Under the pieces are notes generated by a model, which was not told the DNA's origin, made no database searches, and was given only the letters and a program-made list of their open reading frames with translations. The translations under genes and the position numbers were made by a program. A DNA stretch of 64,000 bases from an uncultured archaeon (GTDB taxonomy: Archaea; Asgardarchaeota; Lokiarchaeia; Sigyniarchaeales; SOKP01). How positions within the stretch are numbered: the stretch's first letter is position 1; each line of letters begins with the position of its first letter. Positions 9,440 to 20,209 of the stretch are shown in pieces. The stretch covers positions 67,672-131,671 of the forward strand of contig CAZWEM010000005.1 in the NCBI GenBank assembly GCA_964632315.1. The letters run 5' to 3'.

Positions 9440-11059
9440 TTAGGAAGTTTTTTTATAAACACTCTTCCCTCTAATTATAGTTTCTAAAACTTGAAGGTTT
9501 TTAACTTCTTCTTTTGGAACCTTAAATGGGTTTTTATCCAATATCACTATATCTGCTAATTTCCCTTGTTCAAGAGTTCCTTTGACGTCTTCTTCAAAAG
9601 CAGCATAAGCGGCATTCGTGGTATAAGTTTTTATTGCTTCTTCAATAGAAATACACTGGTCAGGGATAAAATTATTTCGCGTAATTAGTGCATGAAGGCC
9701 TAAAATAGGATTTGGGTCTTCTATGGGGCAATCTGAGCCGGATATTAAAAGTACTCCATTATCGATAATAGATCTCATTGGATAAGTATACTTACAACGT
9801 TCAATGCCAAGTCTTTTTGGAAGCCATTTATATTCAGAATTGATAAAGGGTGGTTGACAAGAAGCAATGATTTCGTATTCTGCCATATCTTTCAATACGT
9901 CATCTGTTAGCATAGAAGCATGTTCAATCCGATGACGATGATTATCTCTAGGAAATTCATCTAAAAGTTGTTTATAGAGGTTCATTGCAATTCTGTTTCC
10001 TTTATCACCAATGACATGGATCGCGATCTGAAATCCTTCATTGTGTGCTTCTTTCATTTTCTCGTATATTTCATCCTCTTCGATAACGCAATACCCAACC
10101 TTATCAGGTGTGTCTGAAAATGGTTCAAACATACATGCAGTTTTAGCCCCAAAAGTTCCGTCCAAGTACAATTTAAGGCATCCAACCTTAAATTTACCAT
10201 CTATCTTCCCGTCATCTAAAGGAGGTTTCTTAAATTTATGCAATTTTTTTGGTTTTTCCGTATTAATTAAAGCATACCAGTTTTGCAAGATATATTCATG
10301 AAATGATTTTCTTAAAGGTATTTCAACTGCTCCGGCGCTTCCGAATTCAGAACTTGTCCCAGCACTAAGAATTCCGTGAAGTGATGTTATCCCCTTTTCT
10401 GCCAATTCGTTAAAAGCTCGTTTAGCCGCTTCATTTAATATTTCAACCTCAGGAAAGGACATTTCCGAAAGAATTAGGTTTACTGCTTTCTCTGAGATAA
10501 TTCCATTGATTCTGCCTTCTTTATCTCTTCCTATCTCTCCACCCTCTATATTCGGCATACTTTCATTGATATTTGCTAATTTCAAAGCTTTGGAATTTGC
10601 AATTCCTATGTGAGAGTCATATCGCATGACAAAAATGGGTATATCTGGAGAAACCTCATCCAAATCCCACCGTGTTGGCAATTGGGGTATACTAAAATTC
10701 TCTTCCTTTAAGTTAAAACAGATCAATAACTCATCTTTCTTTTTATTTTTACTGACTTCTTGTAAAAAAGATTTTAGCTCGGAAAGACTTGAAATTTGTG
10801 ATAGATCAGGACTTAATTTATAGTATGCAAAAATTATTGGGTGAAGATGGCAATCAATAAATCCTGGCAGAATAGTTTTTCCTCCCAAGTCTATAGATAG
10901 ATATCTTTCTCCCAGCTTTTTCCTTACCTCATCAATATCTCCAGTTGCAATTATTTTATCATCAAGAATGCCTATTGCTTCTACAGAAGGTTCTTTCTCA
11001 TTCATGGTGATTATATCACCATTAAAATATAACTTCGCAATACTCTTTTCTGAATTCAT
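9440..11059 (-). CDS. Amidohydrolase 3 family (YtcJ-like) metallohydrolase
   Basis: LPGFIDCHLH, KLYLDGTFGAKTA, IHVIGD, RIEHAS, GSDCP, GKLADIVIL. Confidence 0.93.
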   Translation of the reverse strand: MNSEKSIAKLYFNGDIITMNEKEPSVEAIGILDDKIIATGDIDEVRKKLGERYLSIDLGGKTILPGFIDCHLHPIIFAYYKLSPDLSQISSLSELKSFLQEVSKNKKKDELLICFNLKEENFSIPQLPTRWDLDEVSPDIPIFVMRYDSHIGIANSKALKLANINESMPNIEGGEIGRDKEGRINGIISEKAVNLILSEMSFPEVEILNEAAKRAFNELAEKGITSLHGILSAGTSSEFGSAGAVEIPLRKSFHEYILQNWYALINTEKPKKLHKFKKPPLDDGKIDGKFKVGCLKLYLDGTFGAKTACMFEPFSDTPDKVGYCVIEEDEIYEKMKEAHNEGFQIAIHVIGDKGNRIAMNLYKQLLDEFPRDNHRHRIEHASMLTDDVLKDMAEYEIIASCQPPFINSEYKWLPKRLGIERCKYTYPMRSIIDNGVLLISGSDCPIEDPNPILGLHALITRNNFIPDQCISIEEAIKTYTTNAAYAAFEEDVKGTLEQGKLADIVILDKNPFKVPKEEVKNLQVLETIIRGKSVYKKTS

Positions 11060-11232
11060 CTATTACTATTCCTATAAATCTGTGATGTGAAAAAAAATCT
11101 GTAATGATACATAAATCTTGATGAAATTTAAATGAAAAGATTTAGATATACATGTGAAAAAGTTTAAAAAATTTCAATCAATTCTTTGGAATATAATTAA
11201 ATAAATCTGGGAAATCTTCTTAGGCGACAAAT

Positions 11233-13596
11233 ATGGTAAAAAAATCGGATTTGAAGAAGTTAAATTCAATCATGCAAGAAGGAAATGATTTTAAAAATGA
11301 AAAGAAGTATAATAAGGCAATAGAAAAGTATTTTGAAGCTTCAAATTTTGTGGAATCTCGCGTTAAGGATCCTATTGAGAAACAAGATGAACTTTCTAGC
11401 ATTAAGTCCCAAATAGATCAAGTTTACTCAATAGAAATAATTGACATAGTTGATACAGCTCGGGAAAGCATAGAAAAAGGAGATTTCAAACAATCATTCA
11501 AGTTACTCGACGAAGGAATGAGAATAGCTGATAAGATTGAGGATGTCGATCTAAAAAATTATGAGATAGAAGAAATCTCCTACTTGAGCGCTAGGTTCAA
11601 GATAGATATGTCACTTGATAAAGCTCTTAAGCTAAGGGAGGAGGGTAAATTGGAGGAAGCTTTACAATCAATGAAAGAATTGTTAGTCAATGCAGAGGAA
11701 TTTCATCAAGATGATCTCGAGAACGACCATCTTAGGCAAATTAAAACAACAATAAATGAAACTTATTCATTATTAATAAAAGATCATTTAAAAAAAGCGA
11801 ATCAATTTGAAACAAAAAATCAATTAGAAAATGCTTTCGAGGTATATGAGAATGCTTTAAAGATAGCAGATGATATGCTTGAATCAGATTTTAAGTTGAG
11901 TGAAATTAGCAATTTGAAAGATAATATAAATAAAGTATATTTAGACATGATCAAACCTTTGGTCGAGGAAGGAAATTCATTAGTTAAAGAAAATAAGTTT
12001 GAAGCTTCATCGCAGAAATTTGAAAAAGCTTTAGAAATCGCCAATAAAATGTATCAATCACCTCAAAAAGAGGCTGAGATCAAAAATATCAATAATTTAG
12101 CTTCTCAAGCATTAAATCCTGTATATTTGGAAAGAATGAAACCAATATTAGATAAAGGAAAAGAACTAATCATTAAGGAGTTCTATGAAGATGATATCAA
12201 TATAGTTAATGAAGCAATAAGTAAATTTCGTAAAGCTCTTGAGTTAGCTGAAAATATGGCATCATCTGAAGAAAAAACGGTAAAAGTTGATGAGATTAAA
12301 CAGCTTATAAATAAAACTTGTAGAGCAAGAATAAATCTACTTAAGGATCGATCCTTGCAAAAAATCGCTAAGAGGGAGTTTGATAAAGCAGTTAATGAAC
12401 TCTATGCTGCGATGAGTGTTGCAAAGAAAATACCTGTTCCAGAAGAGGAAAACGAAGATTTTAATGATCTAAAACAAGCAGTAAATGATGTCTATAATTC
12501 TCAGGTTGATGAAATATTAAAAAAAGGAAATTCGGAATTAGCGAAGAAAAATTTTGATGAAGCAATAGAAATTTTTAACGATGCCTTGAAATTGACTGAT
12601 AAAATGTATCTCACAGAAGAAATGGAAAATGTGGTTAACAAAATTAAAGGATTAATATATCAAGCCGAATTGAAGCATTTAGTAGGTAAAGGTGATTTAA
12701 CAGAAGAACAAAAGAAATTTGAAAGAGAGCTTGAACGATTAAATAAGAAAATGGAATATGCTAAAACCATTGATGATTCAGGGCGTAAATTTGCTGAAAT
12801 GGAAGAAATCAAAACTTCGATTGATGAAGTTCATAATTCAGAAATCGAACTGCTTGTAGAGCAGGGTAGACAGTCGGCAGATAGTAAAGAATTTACTGAA
12901 AGTTTTGATTATTTTGAAAGGGCTTTGAAAGTACATAAGCGTATTGAAAGTCCAGAATTCAAAAACAAAATACCAATAAAATATCATTATAAAACGGAAT
13001 TGGTAAATAAAGCAAAATTAGAAATTTCTAATAGAAACTATGAAGAAGCAATTAAAGACTGTGAAAAAGCCATCGATTTGGATTCCACATTTATAGATGC
13101 ATATTATTATATAGGGATAGCAAACATTCATAAAGAAAATTATAGTGAAGCAATTTCCTTTTTCAATAAAAGTATCGGACTTAAAAATGACCATGCTGAA
13201 TCTTGGAATCAACTAGGATATGCTAATGAATTAAAAAATGATTTTGAAGAAGCCAAAAAAGCATATAATCGTGCGATCGAAATTAACCCGAATTTTGCTG
13301 ATGCTCATTATAATTTAGGAAATGTTTTAAAACTCACAAATCATCATCATGAAGCAATAAATTATTATCAAAAAGCAATAGAATTGGATCCAAATTTTAC
13401 ACTAACTTGGTTATTCTTAGCATCTGAATACATAGGAGAAAAAAATTATGAAGGTGCTATTAATAGCCTTGAAAGCGCTCTGAACTTAGATTCAAGTTTA
13501 ATTGATATGTATAAGCCCGAAATAGAACAAGTTAAAAGCGTTATAAAAAATTTGAATGGTAAATTACACGAAAAATTCATACACCGAAATGATTAA
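11233..13596 (+). CDS. Large tetratricopeptide-repeat protein
   Basis: Canonical C-terminal TPRs (AIEINPNFADAHYNLGNVL); N-terminal ~60-aa helical repeats. Confidence 0.9.
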   Translation: MVKKSDLKKLNSIMQEGNDFKNEKKYNKAIEKYFEASNFVESRVKDPIEKQDELSSIKSQIDQVYSIEIIDIVDTARESIEKGDFKQSFKLLDEGMRIADKIEDVDLKNYEIEEISYLSARFKIDMSLDKALKLREEGKLEEALQSMKELLVNAEEFHQDDLENDHLRQIKTTINETYSLLIKDHLKKANQFETKNQLENAFEVYENALKIADDMLESDFKLSEISNLKDNINKVYLDMIKPLVEEGNSLVKENKFEASSQKFEKALEIANKMYQSPQKEAEIKNINNLASQALNPVYLERMKPILDKGKELIIKEFYEDDINIVNEAISKFRKALELAENMASSEEKTVKVDEIKQLINKTCRARINLLKDRSLQKIAKREFDKAVNELYAAMSVAKKIPVPEEENEDFNDLKQAVNDVYNSQVDEILKKGNSELAKKNFDEAIEIFNDALKLTDKMYLTEEMENVVNKIKGLIYQAELKHLVGKGDLTEEQKKFERELERLNKKMEYAKTIDDSGRKFAEMEEIKTSIDEVHNSEIELLVEQGRQSADSKEFTESFDYFERALKVHKRIESPEFKNKIPIKYHYKTELVNKAKLEISNRNYEEAIKDCEKAIDLDSTFIDAYYYIGIANIHKENYSEAISFFNKSIGLKNDHAESWNQLGYANELKNDFEEAKKAYNRAIEINPNFADAHYNLGNVLKLTNHHHEAINYYQKAIELDPNFTLTWLFLASEYIGEKNYEGAINSLESALNLDSSLIDMYKPEIEQVKSVIKNLNGKLHEKFIHRND

Positions 13597-13660
13597 ACTT
13601 TGTAAAACTCATTAAAATAACTAAAATCAAAAAAAAGAAAAGTAAGATTATCTCTTTGAT

Positions 13661-14035
13661 TTAAAGGAGATTTGATGCATATTGATTGACTAAATATTCT
13701 ATCTTTTCTCGTTCTAAATTATCCTTTTCCAATTCAGGACACATGTGCTCAAGATGGCATAGTAATTCGTCTAATCATTGTTCAGCTTCTTATTGGTCAA
13801 TACCTTCTTGATCAGTCAGGACAATTGAGCCGAGTAAATTCTTTGATCGCTTAAATAGGATTGTATGTCCTCCCATCTTCAGCTGATTTAATTCGGAATT
13901 AAAGGATTCTTTGACGAAACCGTGAATAGCCGCAAATAATCCCCCTTGTAATATGTCTTGATGAGACTCAGAGGTTAATGGATTTGAACCAACAAACCCA
14001 GCTAACCTCATTAAAACAGCATATTCGCTCGTCAT
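13661..14035 (-). pseudogene. Longin-like small protein interrupted by two in-frame stops
   Basis: ATG at 14035 gives MTSEYAVLMRLAG...DILQGGLFAAIHGFVKESFNSELNQLKMGGHTILFKRSKNLLGSIVL...IDQ*EAEQ*LDELLCHLEHMCPELEKDNLEREKIEYLVNQYASNLL*. Stops are TAA at 13790-13792 and TGA at 13775-13777. The 125-codon span fits one longin domain. Confidence 0.65.
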
Positions 14036-14236
14036 ATTGTTGTCACATCTTTTAATTTTTCCATAATTTAAAGTTGCCTTTTGGCAGAAATAGCAAATAG
14101 CATCAAAATTATTATAAAAAAAATGTAAAATTTCAACCATAAAAATTAAGTTCATTTTTTTGTATTTTGCTACAACAACAATAATAAAAAAACACACGAA
14201 TTTAGTTTTTTACCACAAATTGTACCCTTGACTCGT

Positions 14237-15076
14237 TTATGATAATCCTACTAATTTCATACTAATGGCCCACAGTTTTTTCGCAAGCTCAGTATCATAA
14301 GTTTCTTCCGATGATTTTTGTTCTTGTTTTTTAATGAAATATTTTCCGTTTATTGCTTCAACATCTGGTGAAGATGCCAAATATATTGAGGTTTCGGCTC
14401 CCTTTTCAGGACTTTTAAAAAATCTTCTCGCAATTCCTCTTCTTGGTTTGTCCCTGTCTACACCTAAATTTGAATTGACCATTCCGGGATGAACAGTATT
14501 CAGAGTTACTCCAGTTCCTTCTAATCGCCTACTAAACTCATATGATGTAAGCATTAAAGCTAACTTTGAATCAGCATACAATCCCATGAATCGACTTTTT
14601 TTGTTTTCTCCTTGTAGATCTTCTAGATCTATTGTTCCAAATTTATGTGCTGCTGACGCAACATTTATTATACGACTGGGAGCACTTTTTTTTAAAACAT
14701 CAAGCAATAAATGGGTTAATAAGAAAGGTGCTAAATGATTGACAGCAAAATTCATTTCAAATCCATCATCTGATAACTCCCGCTTCGACAGCATTACCCC
14801 AGCGTTATTGATCAATATATGTAAGTATTGATATTTTTTTTTAAATTCAGATATTAAATTTCGGATTGATTGAAAGGATGCCAAATTGCAAAGAAGTAAA
14901 TCAACTTTATGGTTTCCAGTTTTCTCAATAATTTCTTTTTGAGCATTTTCTCCACGAGTTTTATCACGACAAACCATAATAATAGTAGCACCCATACTTG
15001 CCAACCCTATAGCAGTTGCTTTTCCAATTCCAGAGTTAGCTCCTGTAATCATAATAATTTTACCATCTATACTCAT
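14237..15076 (-). CDS. Short-chain dehydrogenase/reductase (retinol dehydrogenase-like)
   Basis: TGANSGIG, LINNAG, NHLAPFLLT, YADSK, HPGMV. Confidence 0.94.
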   Translation of the reverse strand: MSIDGKIIMITGANSGIGKATAIGLASMGATIIMVCRDKTRGENAQKEIIEKTGNHKVDLLLCNLASFQSIRNLISEFKKKYQYLHILINNAGVMLSKRELSDDGFEMNFAVNHLAPFLLTHLLLDVLKKSAPSRIINVASAAHKFGTIDLEDLQGENKKSRFMGLYADSKLALMLTSYEFSRRLEGTGVTLNTVHPGMVNSNLGVDRDKPRRGIARRFFKSPEKGAETSIYLASSPDVEAINGKYFIKKQEQKSSEETYDTELAKKLWAISMKLVGLS

Positions 15077-15177
15077 TTACCACAACTCGACAAATCATTT
15101 ATTAATTACTATTCTATATTCTTCCATTTATTTGAATTTTACAATTATATTTTACTATTTCAGAATTCATTTCTTCT

Positions 15178-16446
15178 TTAAAAACTCATAGCTTTCAAAA
15201 ATTTAGGCCACAATGTTGCTTTTGAGAAAAAAGGAAGCTGAGCAAACAGTCTCTCTCCAACCAAGCGGTCATTTTCAGTTTTATATTCAAGAAGATTTTC
15301 AAGCATCAGTACTTCATAGACGAATTTTCTAACAGTTTTGTTGGTTACTAGCATTTCAGTATAAGCATTCCATATGGATTTCAGAGAAGAAAGATTTTCA
15401 TAAAATAAGTATTCACATGCGTTTCCATTCCTGAAATACCCATCTAAGAGCTGTTTTTTAATTTCTCTATCATATTTACTTAAGCTACTTGAGGTTAAGG
15501 GTTCATTGCTAATTAAAAGTGGTTTGAGTATTTTTGAAGCTATATGAGCACTAGCTAAAGCGGGAAGCATTCCCTCGTAAAAGAACGCTGTTACAAGCCC
15601 TGCAGCTTCTCCTAAAATCAGAATACGATCACTAGACATCTTACTTATTGGATGTTTAGAAATATTTCCGACCACTACGCGTGAAAGATCCCAACTTATT
15701 CCTTTCAGGTATGGTTGAATTTTTTGATAATTGTTTAGAATCCTCTTTAGCTTATTTTTTAACTGATCTGGTGATTCTTTATTCCCCATAAATCCCGTGT
15801 AAAGTCTCCCTTTTCCAACATTGAAGAAAAAGGGACCATTAGGACTAATATTTGGATTAAGATGGAACATGTATTGAAAGGGGAAATTTTCGTCCAATAA
15901 ATCTTCATTTACTTCAGTATTCAGAGAAATCCCCATATATGAATCTGGTGTTTCGAAGCCTAAAGATTTTTGTAATTCAAAACCTCTTGAACCCGTTGCT
16001 AAGGCTAAGAGCTTACAAGAATAGCTCTCTCCTTTATTACTGACAAGCTCAAGATGATCTGAATGACGATTTACTTTTGAAATTCTCTCATTAAATCTTG
16101 TCTCACTACCATTATCAACGCTTTTTTGAATCATTTTTTCAAGAAAAATTTCCGTACTTGCGATATTTCCTATGGGTGTGCTACCAAACTCACTTGCATT
16201 AATTAATCCATCATATTTTTCACTTTTATAATTAAGTTGGGTAAATAATCTCGGAAAAACAACCTTATCGTTCCAAAAGATATCATCAATATAGGGTTTA
16301 TCGTGGTGAGCAAATATATTAGTCCTAACTGGAATTTGTGAATCATAATCTTGACCTTCAATTAAAAGAACTTTAGCATACTTAGAAGATTTATAAGCGA
16401 AAGATGCTCCAGATATTCCAGCGCCGATAATAGCAATGTCGTACAT
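15178..16446 (-). CDS. FAD-dependent oxidoreductase, geranylgeranyl reductase-like
   Basis: YDIAIIGAGISG, LATG, LGEAAGLVTAFFYEGM. Confidence 0.8.
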   Translation of the reverse strand: MYDIAIIGAGISGASFAYKSSKYAKVLLIEGQDYDSQIPVRTNIFAHHDKPYIDDIFWNDKVVFPRLFTQLNYKSEKYDGLINASEFGSTPIGNIASTEIFLEKMIQKSVDNGSETRFNERISKVNRHSDHLELVSNKGESYSCKLLALATGSRGFELQKSLGFETPDSYMGISLNTEVNEDLLDENFPFQYMFHLNPNISPNGPFFFNVGKGRLYTGFMGNKESPDQLKNKLKRILNNYQKIQPYLKGISWDLSRVVVGNISKHPISKMSSDRILILGEAAGLVTAFFYEGMLPALASAHIASKILKPLLISNEPLTSSSLSKYDREIKKQLLDGYFRNGNACEYLFYENLSSLKSIWNAYTEMLVTNKTVRKFVYEVLMLENLLEYKTENDRLVGERLFAQLPFFSKATLWPKFLKAMSF

Positions 16447-16548
16447 AATTAATATAAAAAAAATGCAATTATAAAAAAAGGTTGTTTTACTTTTCAGATT
16501 CTTAATAATCTGGAAAATTAAGGGATCATTTAATTTTATTACTTTTAA

Positions 16549-17559
16549 TTAAAGAATTTGCACGATTTCAAGACCATCTTCTTCATCAGCTACGTAGGCT
16601 ATATTTTCCTCGATGTACACGTCATGAGCATGCCCGCCATCAAAAAATTGAGCCACCTTCAGAGGATTACTGGTATCAGAAATATCCAACACGATTAACC
16701 CTTTTTCATAATCTGCCAAGAATGCTCTCTCATTTTCAATGAAAACAGCAAATATCGAACCTCCTCCGTGATAAAAGCCAACCTGAGAGATATCTAATGG
16801 GTTATTCATGTCAAGAATATGTAATCCTCCTCCATTTAATGCATGATTACCTACATAAATAAGATTTTCCACTATAAATGGATTCCAATAATCAACATTT
16901 GGTAAATAATAGCTTCCAATTTCTAATGGATGTGAAGGATTACTGATATCTAATATTACTAATCCCGTGTAAGAACCATAGTGATCTAAAACACAAGCAA
17001 TATCATTATAAACATGGAATTGAACACAAGATCCAGACATCTCATATCTAGATATGACTTCTATATTTGTAGGATTGCTTATATTTAAAATCACAAATCC
17101 CCTTGACCAATCTGCCACATATGCTAATGTCCCATCTACTTGAACATCAGTACAGCATCTACTTCCCAGATATTGATCAATTTTGAAGGGATTTGAAGGG
17201 TCTGTTACATTGATAACTTCTAAACCCTCAAAATAATTGGCAACATATGCAATATTTCCTGCTACATCAACTGCCCAAGGGACTCCAGCACCTAAATAGG
17301 ACCCTAAAATATGTGGATTGGTATTTTGACTGACATTAATTATCACTAAACCTCCTGGAGATTGATCAGCTTCGTCTATCACATAAGCAATTTCATTTGA
17401 TACCACCACATCAGTTGCCATTCCTCCCGTATAAATTTGTGACAATTTAAGTGTTCCAAATGAGAAGGGTACAAAAATGAAAATTAAAGGAGTTATAATG
17501 CTAACACTGACGATAAGAGCGATAATAATAATTAAAATATTTCTTTTCCTTTTTTCCAT
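16549..17559 (-). CDS. Membrane-anchored LVIVD-repeat beta-propeller protein
   Basis: N-terminal TM helix; repeated AYVA...GLxIxDISNPxNP units. Confidence 0.9.
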   Translation of the reverse strand: MEKRKRNILIIIIALIVSVSIITPLIFIFVPFSFGTLKLSQIYTGGMATDVVVSNEIAYVIDEADQSPGGLVIINVSQNTNPHILGSYLGAGVPWAVDVAGNIAYVANYFEGLEVINVTDPSNPFKIDQYLGSRCCTDVQVDGTLAYVADWSRGFVILNISNPTNIEVISRYEMSGSCVQFHVYNDIACVLDHYGSYTGLVILDISNPSHPLEIGSYYLPNVDYWNPFIVENLIYVGNHALNGGGLHILDMNNPLDISQVGFYHGGGSIFAVFIENERAFLADYEKGLIVLDISDTSNPLKVAQFFDGGHAHDVYIEENIAYVADEEDGLEIVQIL

Positions 17560-17638
17560 TGGAATCTCAGTTTAAATTGATGGTAATATACATAAAATTC
17601 AATAATAAACTTATAAATTTTTTCGCAGTGAACTAGTA

Positions 17639-18391
17639 TTAAATTATGTTTTGGATAGTTTTTGAAATCTTATCCAAATTGACCTCTGCCATTCCAGTAG
17701 GAACTGTAGAATCAAATAAAATAACCATAATCAACGGATCCAACTTCCATGGAATTTTAATTATTTTAGAAAAAATCTTTTGATTATTCTCTAAACTATA
17801 AAAAGTCGTGCTAAATTCATTTGCTATTGCATACCGAATTTCTAATTCTTTTAAAGAGGATAAAAGGATCTCTTGTGGAAGAGAAGAATAAATCACATTT
17901 CCATTACTAGAAAACAAGGCTGCTCCCAGAATTTCATTTTCGAATACTAAACTTTTAATCAGTTCAACAATCTTACGGTATAATGGTTCACTTTCAAGAA
18001 CCTCTTCTTGCCCAGCTATTATTTGATTAATTTGATCATCAAAATCAGGATTCTGGATTTCTTCATAATCATCAAATTCATTGGAATGAATATACTTCTC
18101 AAAAACTTCTACAATAGTTAACAAACGTGATTTTATAAAAAGCAAACTAACACTAGAATCAGATAAAATTGTGAAAATGTATTCATTATGGATTTTAAAT
18201 ACAAATCTAAAAACGCCCATCTCTAATATTTCAGGAGTTTTTTTTGAAATCACATTTTCTGAGAAAGAAAAAATCGCTGAAAAGAAAGGAGTAATTAAAT
18301 TGGGTTCAATATTTTTGAAATTGTCCGTAAAATTGCGAGAATAAATACATGCTCCAGTTTTTTTCAGTATAAAAAGGGAATGAATCCGCAT
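17639..18391 (-). CDS. Longin - roadblock fusion protein
   Basis: N-terminal longin pattern (IHSLFILKKTGACIYSRNF...NLITPFFSAIFSFS); C-terminal roadblock pattern (EILGAALFSSNGNVIYSSLP...VILFDSTVPTGMA). Confidence 0.7.
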   Translation of the reverse strand: MRIHSLFILKKTGACIYSRNFTDNFKNIEPNLITPFFSAIFSFSENVISKKTPEILEMGVFRFVFKIHNEYIFTILSDSSVSLLFIKSRLLTIVEVFEKYIHSNEFDDYEEIQNPDFDDQINQIIAGQEEVLESEPLYRKIVELIKSLVFENEILGAALFSSNGNVIYSSLPQEILLSSLKELEIRYAIANEFSTTFYSLENNQKIFSKIIKIPWKLDPLIMVILFDSTVPTGMAEVNLDKISKTIQNII

Positions 18392-18544
18392 TGTTTTAAA
18401 AGCTAGATTATATAGAGAATGAAAAAATACGTTCTTTTAAGTATTACTTCTATTTTTCATTTGACTTTCTCATAAATTCCAAAAAACTATGAGTTTCATT
18501 GAGTTTATATTAATAAAAAATGGAATAGATCAATAATCTATATA

Positions 18545-19300
18545 TTACTTCTTGAAAAATTTAGGAAAAAATGTTCTAAGATTATTTATCTTCCAGTTAA
18601 AATCATATATATTCACGATATTTAGTTCTTCGCTTAAATAGTCAATAAATGCGGTTAAATATCTCATGGTTCTAATTGGTTTACTTATTACGTCATAGTG
18701 TTTTTCAGTTTCATTATAGTATTGATTAGCTAATTCTAAATATTTCTCTTCTGGATCATTACTATATTTTAAAGTAATAAAATACATTTCTAAGTATAAA
18801 TTTCCGATAATATCGTATCGTACATATTTTACTTTTGTGAATTTTTCATCTTTACTTATTAGATCTATCGCTTTTTGAATATGAGTCAGTAATAATTCTA
18901 TTGAAAATTCATGGGTTTTTTCCTTCTCTTGTATCCAGATCTCGATAAATGGATCAGGAGGAATGTTATATTTATATTCAAAGAAAAACTCATGAACATA
19001 CTCTACAAAATTAAGATGATCATGTGGATATATCTTGTTGTTAGTTAAATTTAAATATCTATCAAAATAGTAAATCAAGTCAAAAAGTACACTACGACGA
19101 CCTTCATCATACCAATTCTTCGGAATTACTGTAAAATCTTTAAATATGTCTAATAGATTTTTAGATCTTTCCATTATCATAAACGCTAATTCAGCATCAA
19201 TTCTTTCAGAAAACCTGGCTTTTAATTGATTAATTTCTTTGATTTGTTCCTTGAATTCCTTGACGAGTTCAAGATCATTTTTTTCTGTCTGCAATGTCAT
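18545..19300 (-). CDS. Hypothetical helical protein
   Basis: 251 aa ORF, rich in aromatic residues, no recognised motif. Confidence 0.7.
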   Translation of the reverse strand: MTLQTEKNDLELVKEFKEQIKEINQLKARFSERIDAELAFMIMERSKNLLDIFKDFTVIPKNWYDEGRRSVLFDLIYYFDRYLNLTNNKIYPHDHLNFVEYVHEFFFEYKYNIPPDPFIEIWIQEKEKTHEFSIELLLTHIQKAIDLISKDEKFTKVKYVRYDIIGNLYLEMYFITLKYSNDPEEKYLELANQYYNETEKHYDVISKPIRTMRYLTAFIDYLSEELNIVNIYDFNWKINNLRTFFPKFFKK

Positions 19301-19638
19301 TTTAATAATGTAAAAATAAGTTTATTAAATCTGGTGCTCATGTTTTATTAAAATTATCGATCATTTTCATAAGAAATTTAACCAATATTAGTTAATAATT
19401 AAAAAATAAAAAACAATCAGAGGAAAATTTAGTAAAGAATTAAATGAGCATAGAGTTTTCTAATGTTGGTGATCTAGAACGTTATTCAAGATTAGTAGGA
19501 AAGAAATGGATTTTTCATTGAATTTAATATTTTATTAATTTAAACACCTTTTGCATTATTTATCATAAGAACACAAAGTTTTCGTTTTTTATTATTAGAG
19601 CCTCCTAGATAGGCTTATTTATCAGTTAAGATAGTAAG

Positions 19639-19720
19639 TTGTGTTTTTTATGGCACTATAAAGAGGTTTATATGTGTAGCTCAATTTTTTTAATTAAGAT
19701 TGTGCTTTGATTATGCACTA
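19639..19720 (+). promoter_or_regulatory. Putative promoter of the trx operon: TATA-like box between two similar imperfect palindromes
   Basis: TTGTGTTTTTTATGGCACTA (19639-19658) and TTGTGCTTTGATTATGCACTA (19700-19720) flank TTTATATG (19667-19674). Confidence 0.45.
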
Positions 19721-19734
19721 CTTAAAACGAAAAA

Positions 19735-20157
19735 ATGATGAAAACAATGTCTGATAATGAATTGGAAAGAATAAAAATGAAAAAAGCAGAAACGTTATTA
19801 AAAGAAAGTAAAATGCCGAAAGAGATTATAAAGATTCATTCAATGGAAGAATTTAATAACCTCGCAAAAGAATATCCCGAAAAGATCGTTGTAGTCGACT
19901 TTTGGGCAGTTTGGTGTGGACCATGTATGACATTTGCCCCTGTATTTGAGAGGTTACAAACGGAATTTCCAACAGATTTTATATTTGTAAAGGTTAACGT
20001 GGATGAAGTAGGATCGATTGCACAAAGATATCGAATAAGCGGTATACCGACAACACTTTTCCTTAAAGGAGGCAGTGTAATCCATAAGATTGTTGGAGCA
20101 TATCCATACGAACATGTGAAAAAAACATTGAATGAATTAAAATCTCTCGATAATTAG
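19735..20157 (+). CDS. trxA: Thioredoxin
   Basis: VVDFWAVWCGPC, KVNVDE, GIPT. Confidence 0.96.
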   Translation: MMKTMSDNELERIKMKKAETLLKESKMPKEIIKIHSMEEFNNLAKEYPEKIVVVDFWAVWCGPCMTFAPVFERLQTEFPTDFIFVKVNVDEVGSIAQRYRISGIPTTLFLKGGSVIHKIVGAYPYEHVKKTLNELKSLDN

Positions 20158-20209
20158 AATTTTTTTATTTTTTAATTTCATAAATTATGATTAAAAGAGG
20201 AGAAAAAAT

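Noticed and set aside
13775-13777. In-frame TGA as possible selenocysteine
   Set aside because: An in-frame TAA lies five codons earlier, the context is not a redox motif, and I see no SECIS-like element.
14036-14197. N-terminal extension of the 135-aa ORF 13790..14197
   Set aside because: It is low-complexity AT-rich intergenic sequence; the protein-like part starts at ATG 14035.
19301-19638. Long intergenic region with a 25-codon ORF (19444..19521) and a small AGCCT/AGGCT hairpin
   Set aside because: Too short, no SD sequence or motif, and no terminal repeats indicating a MITE or ncRNA.
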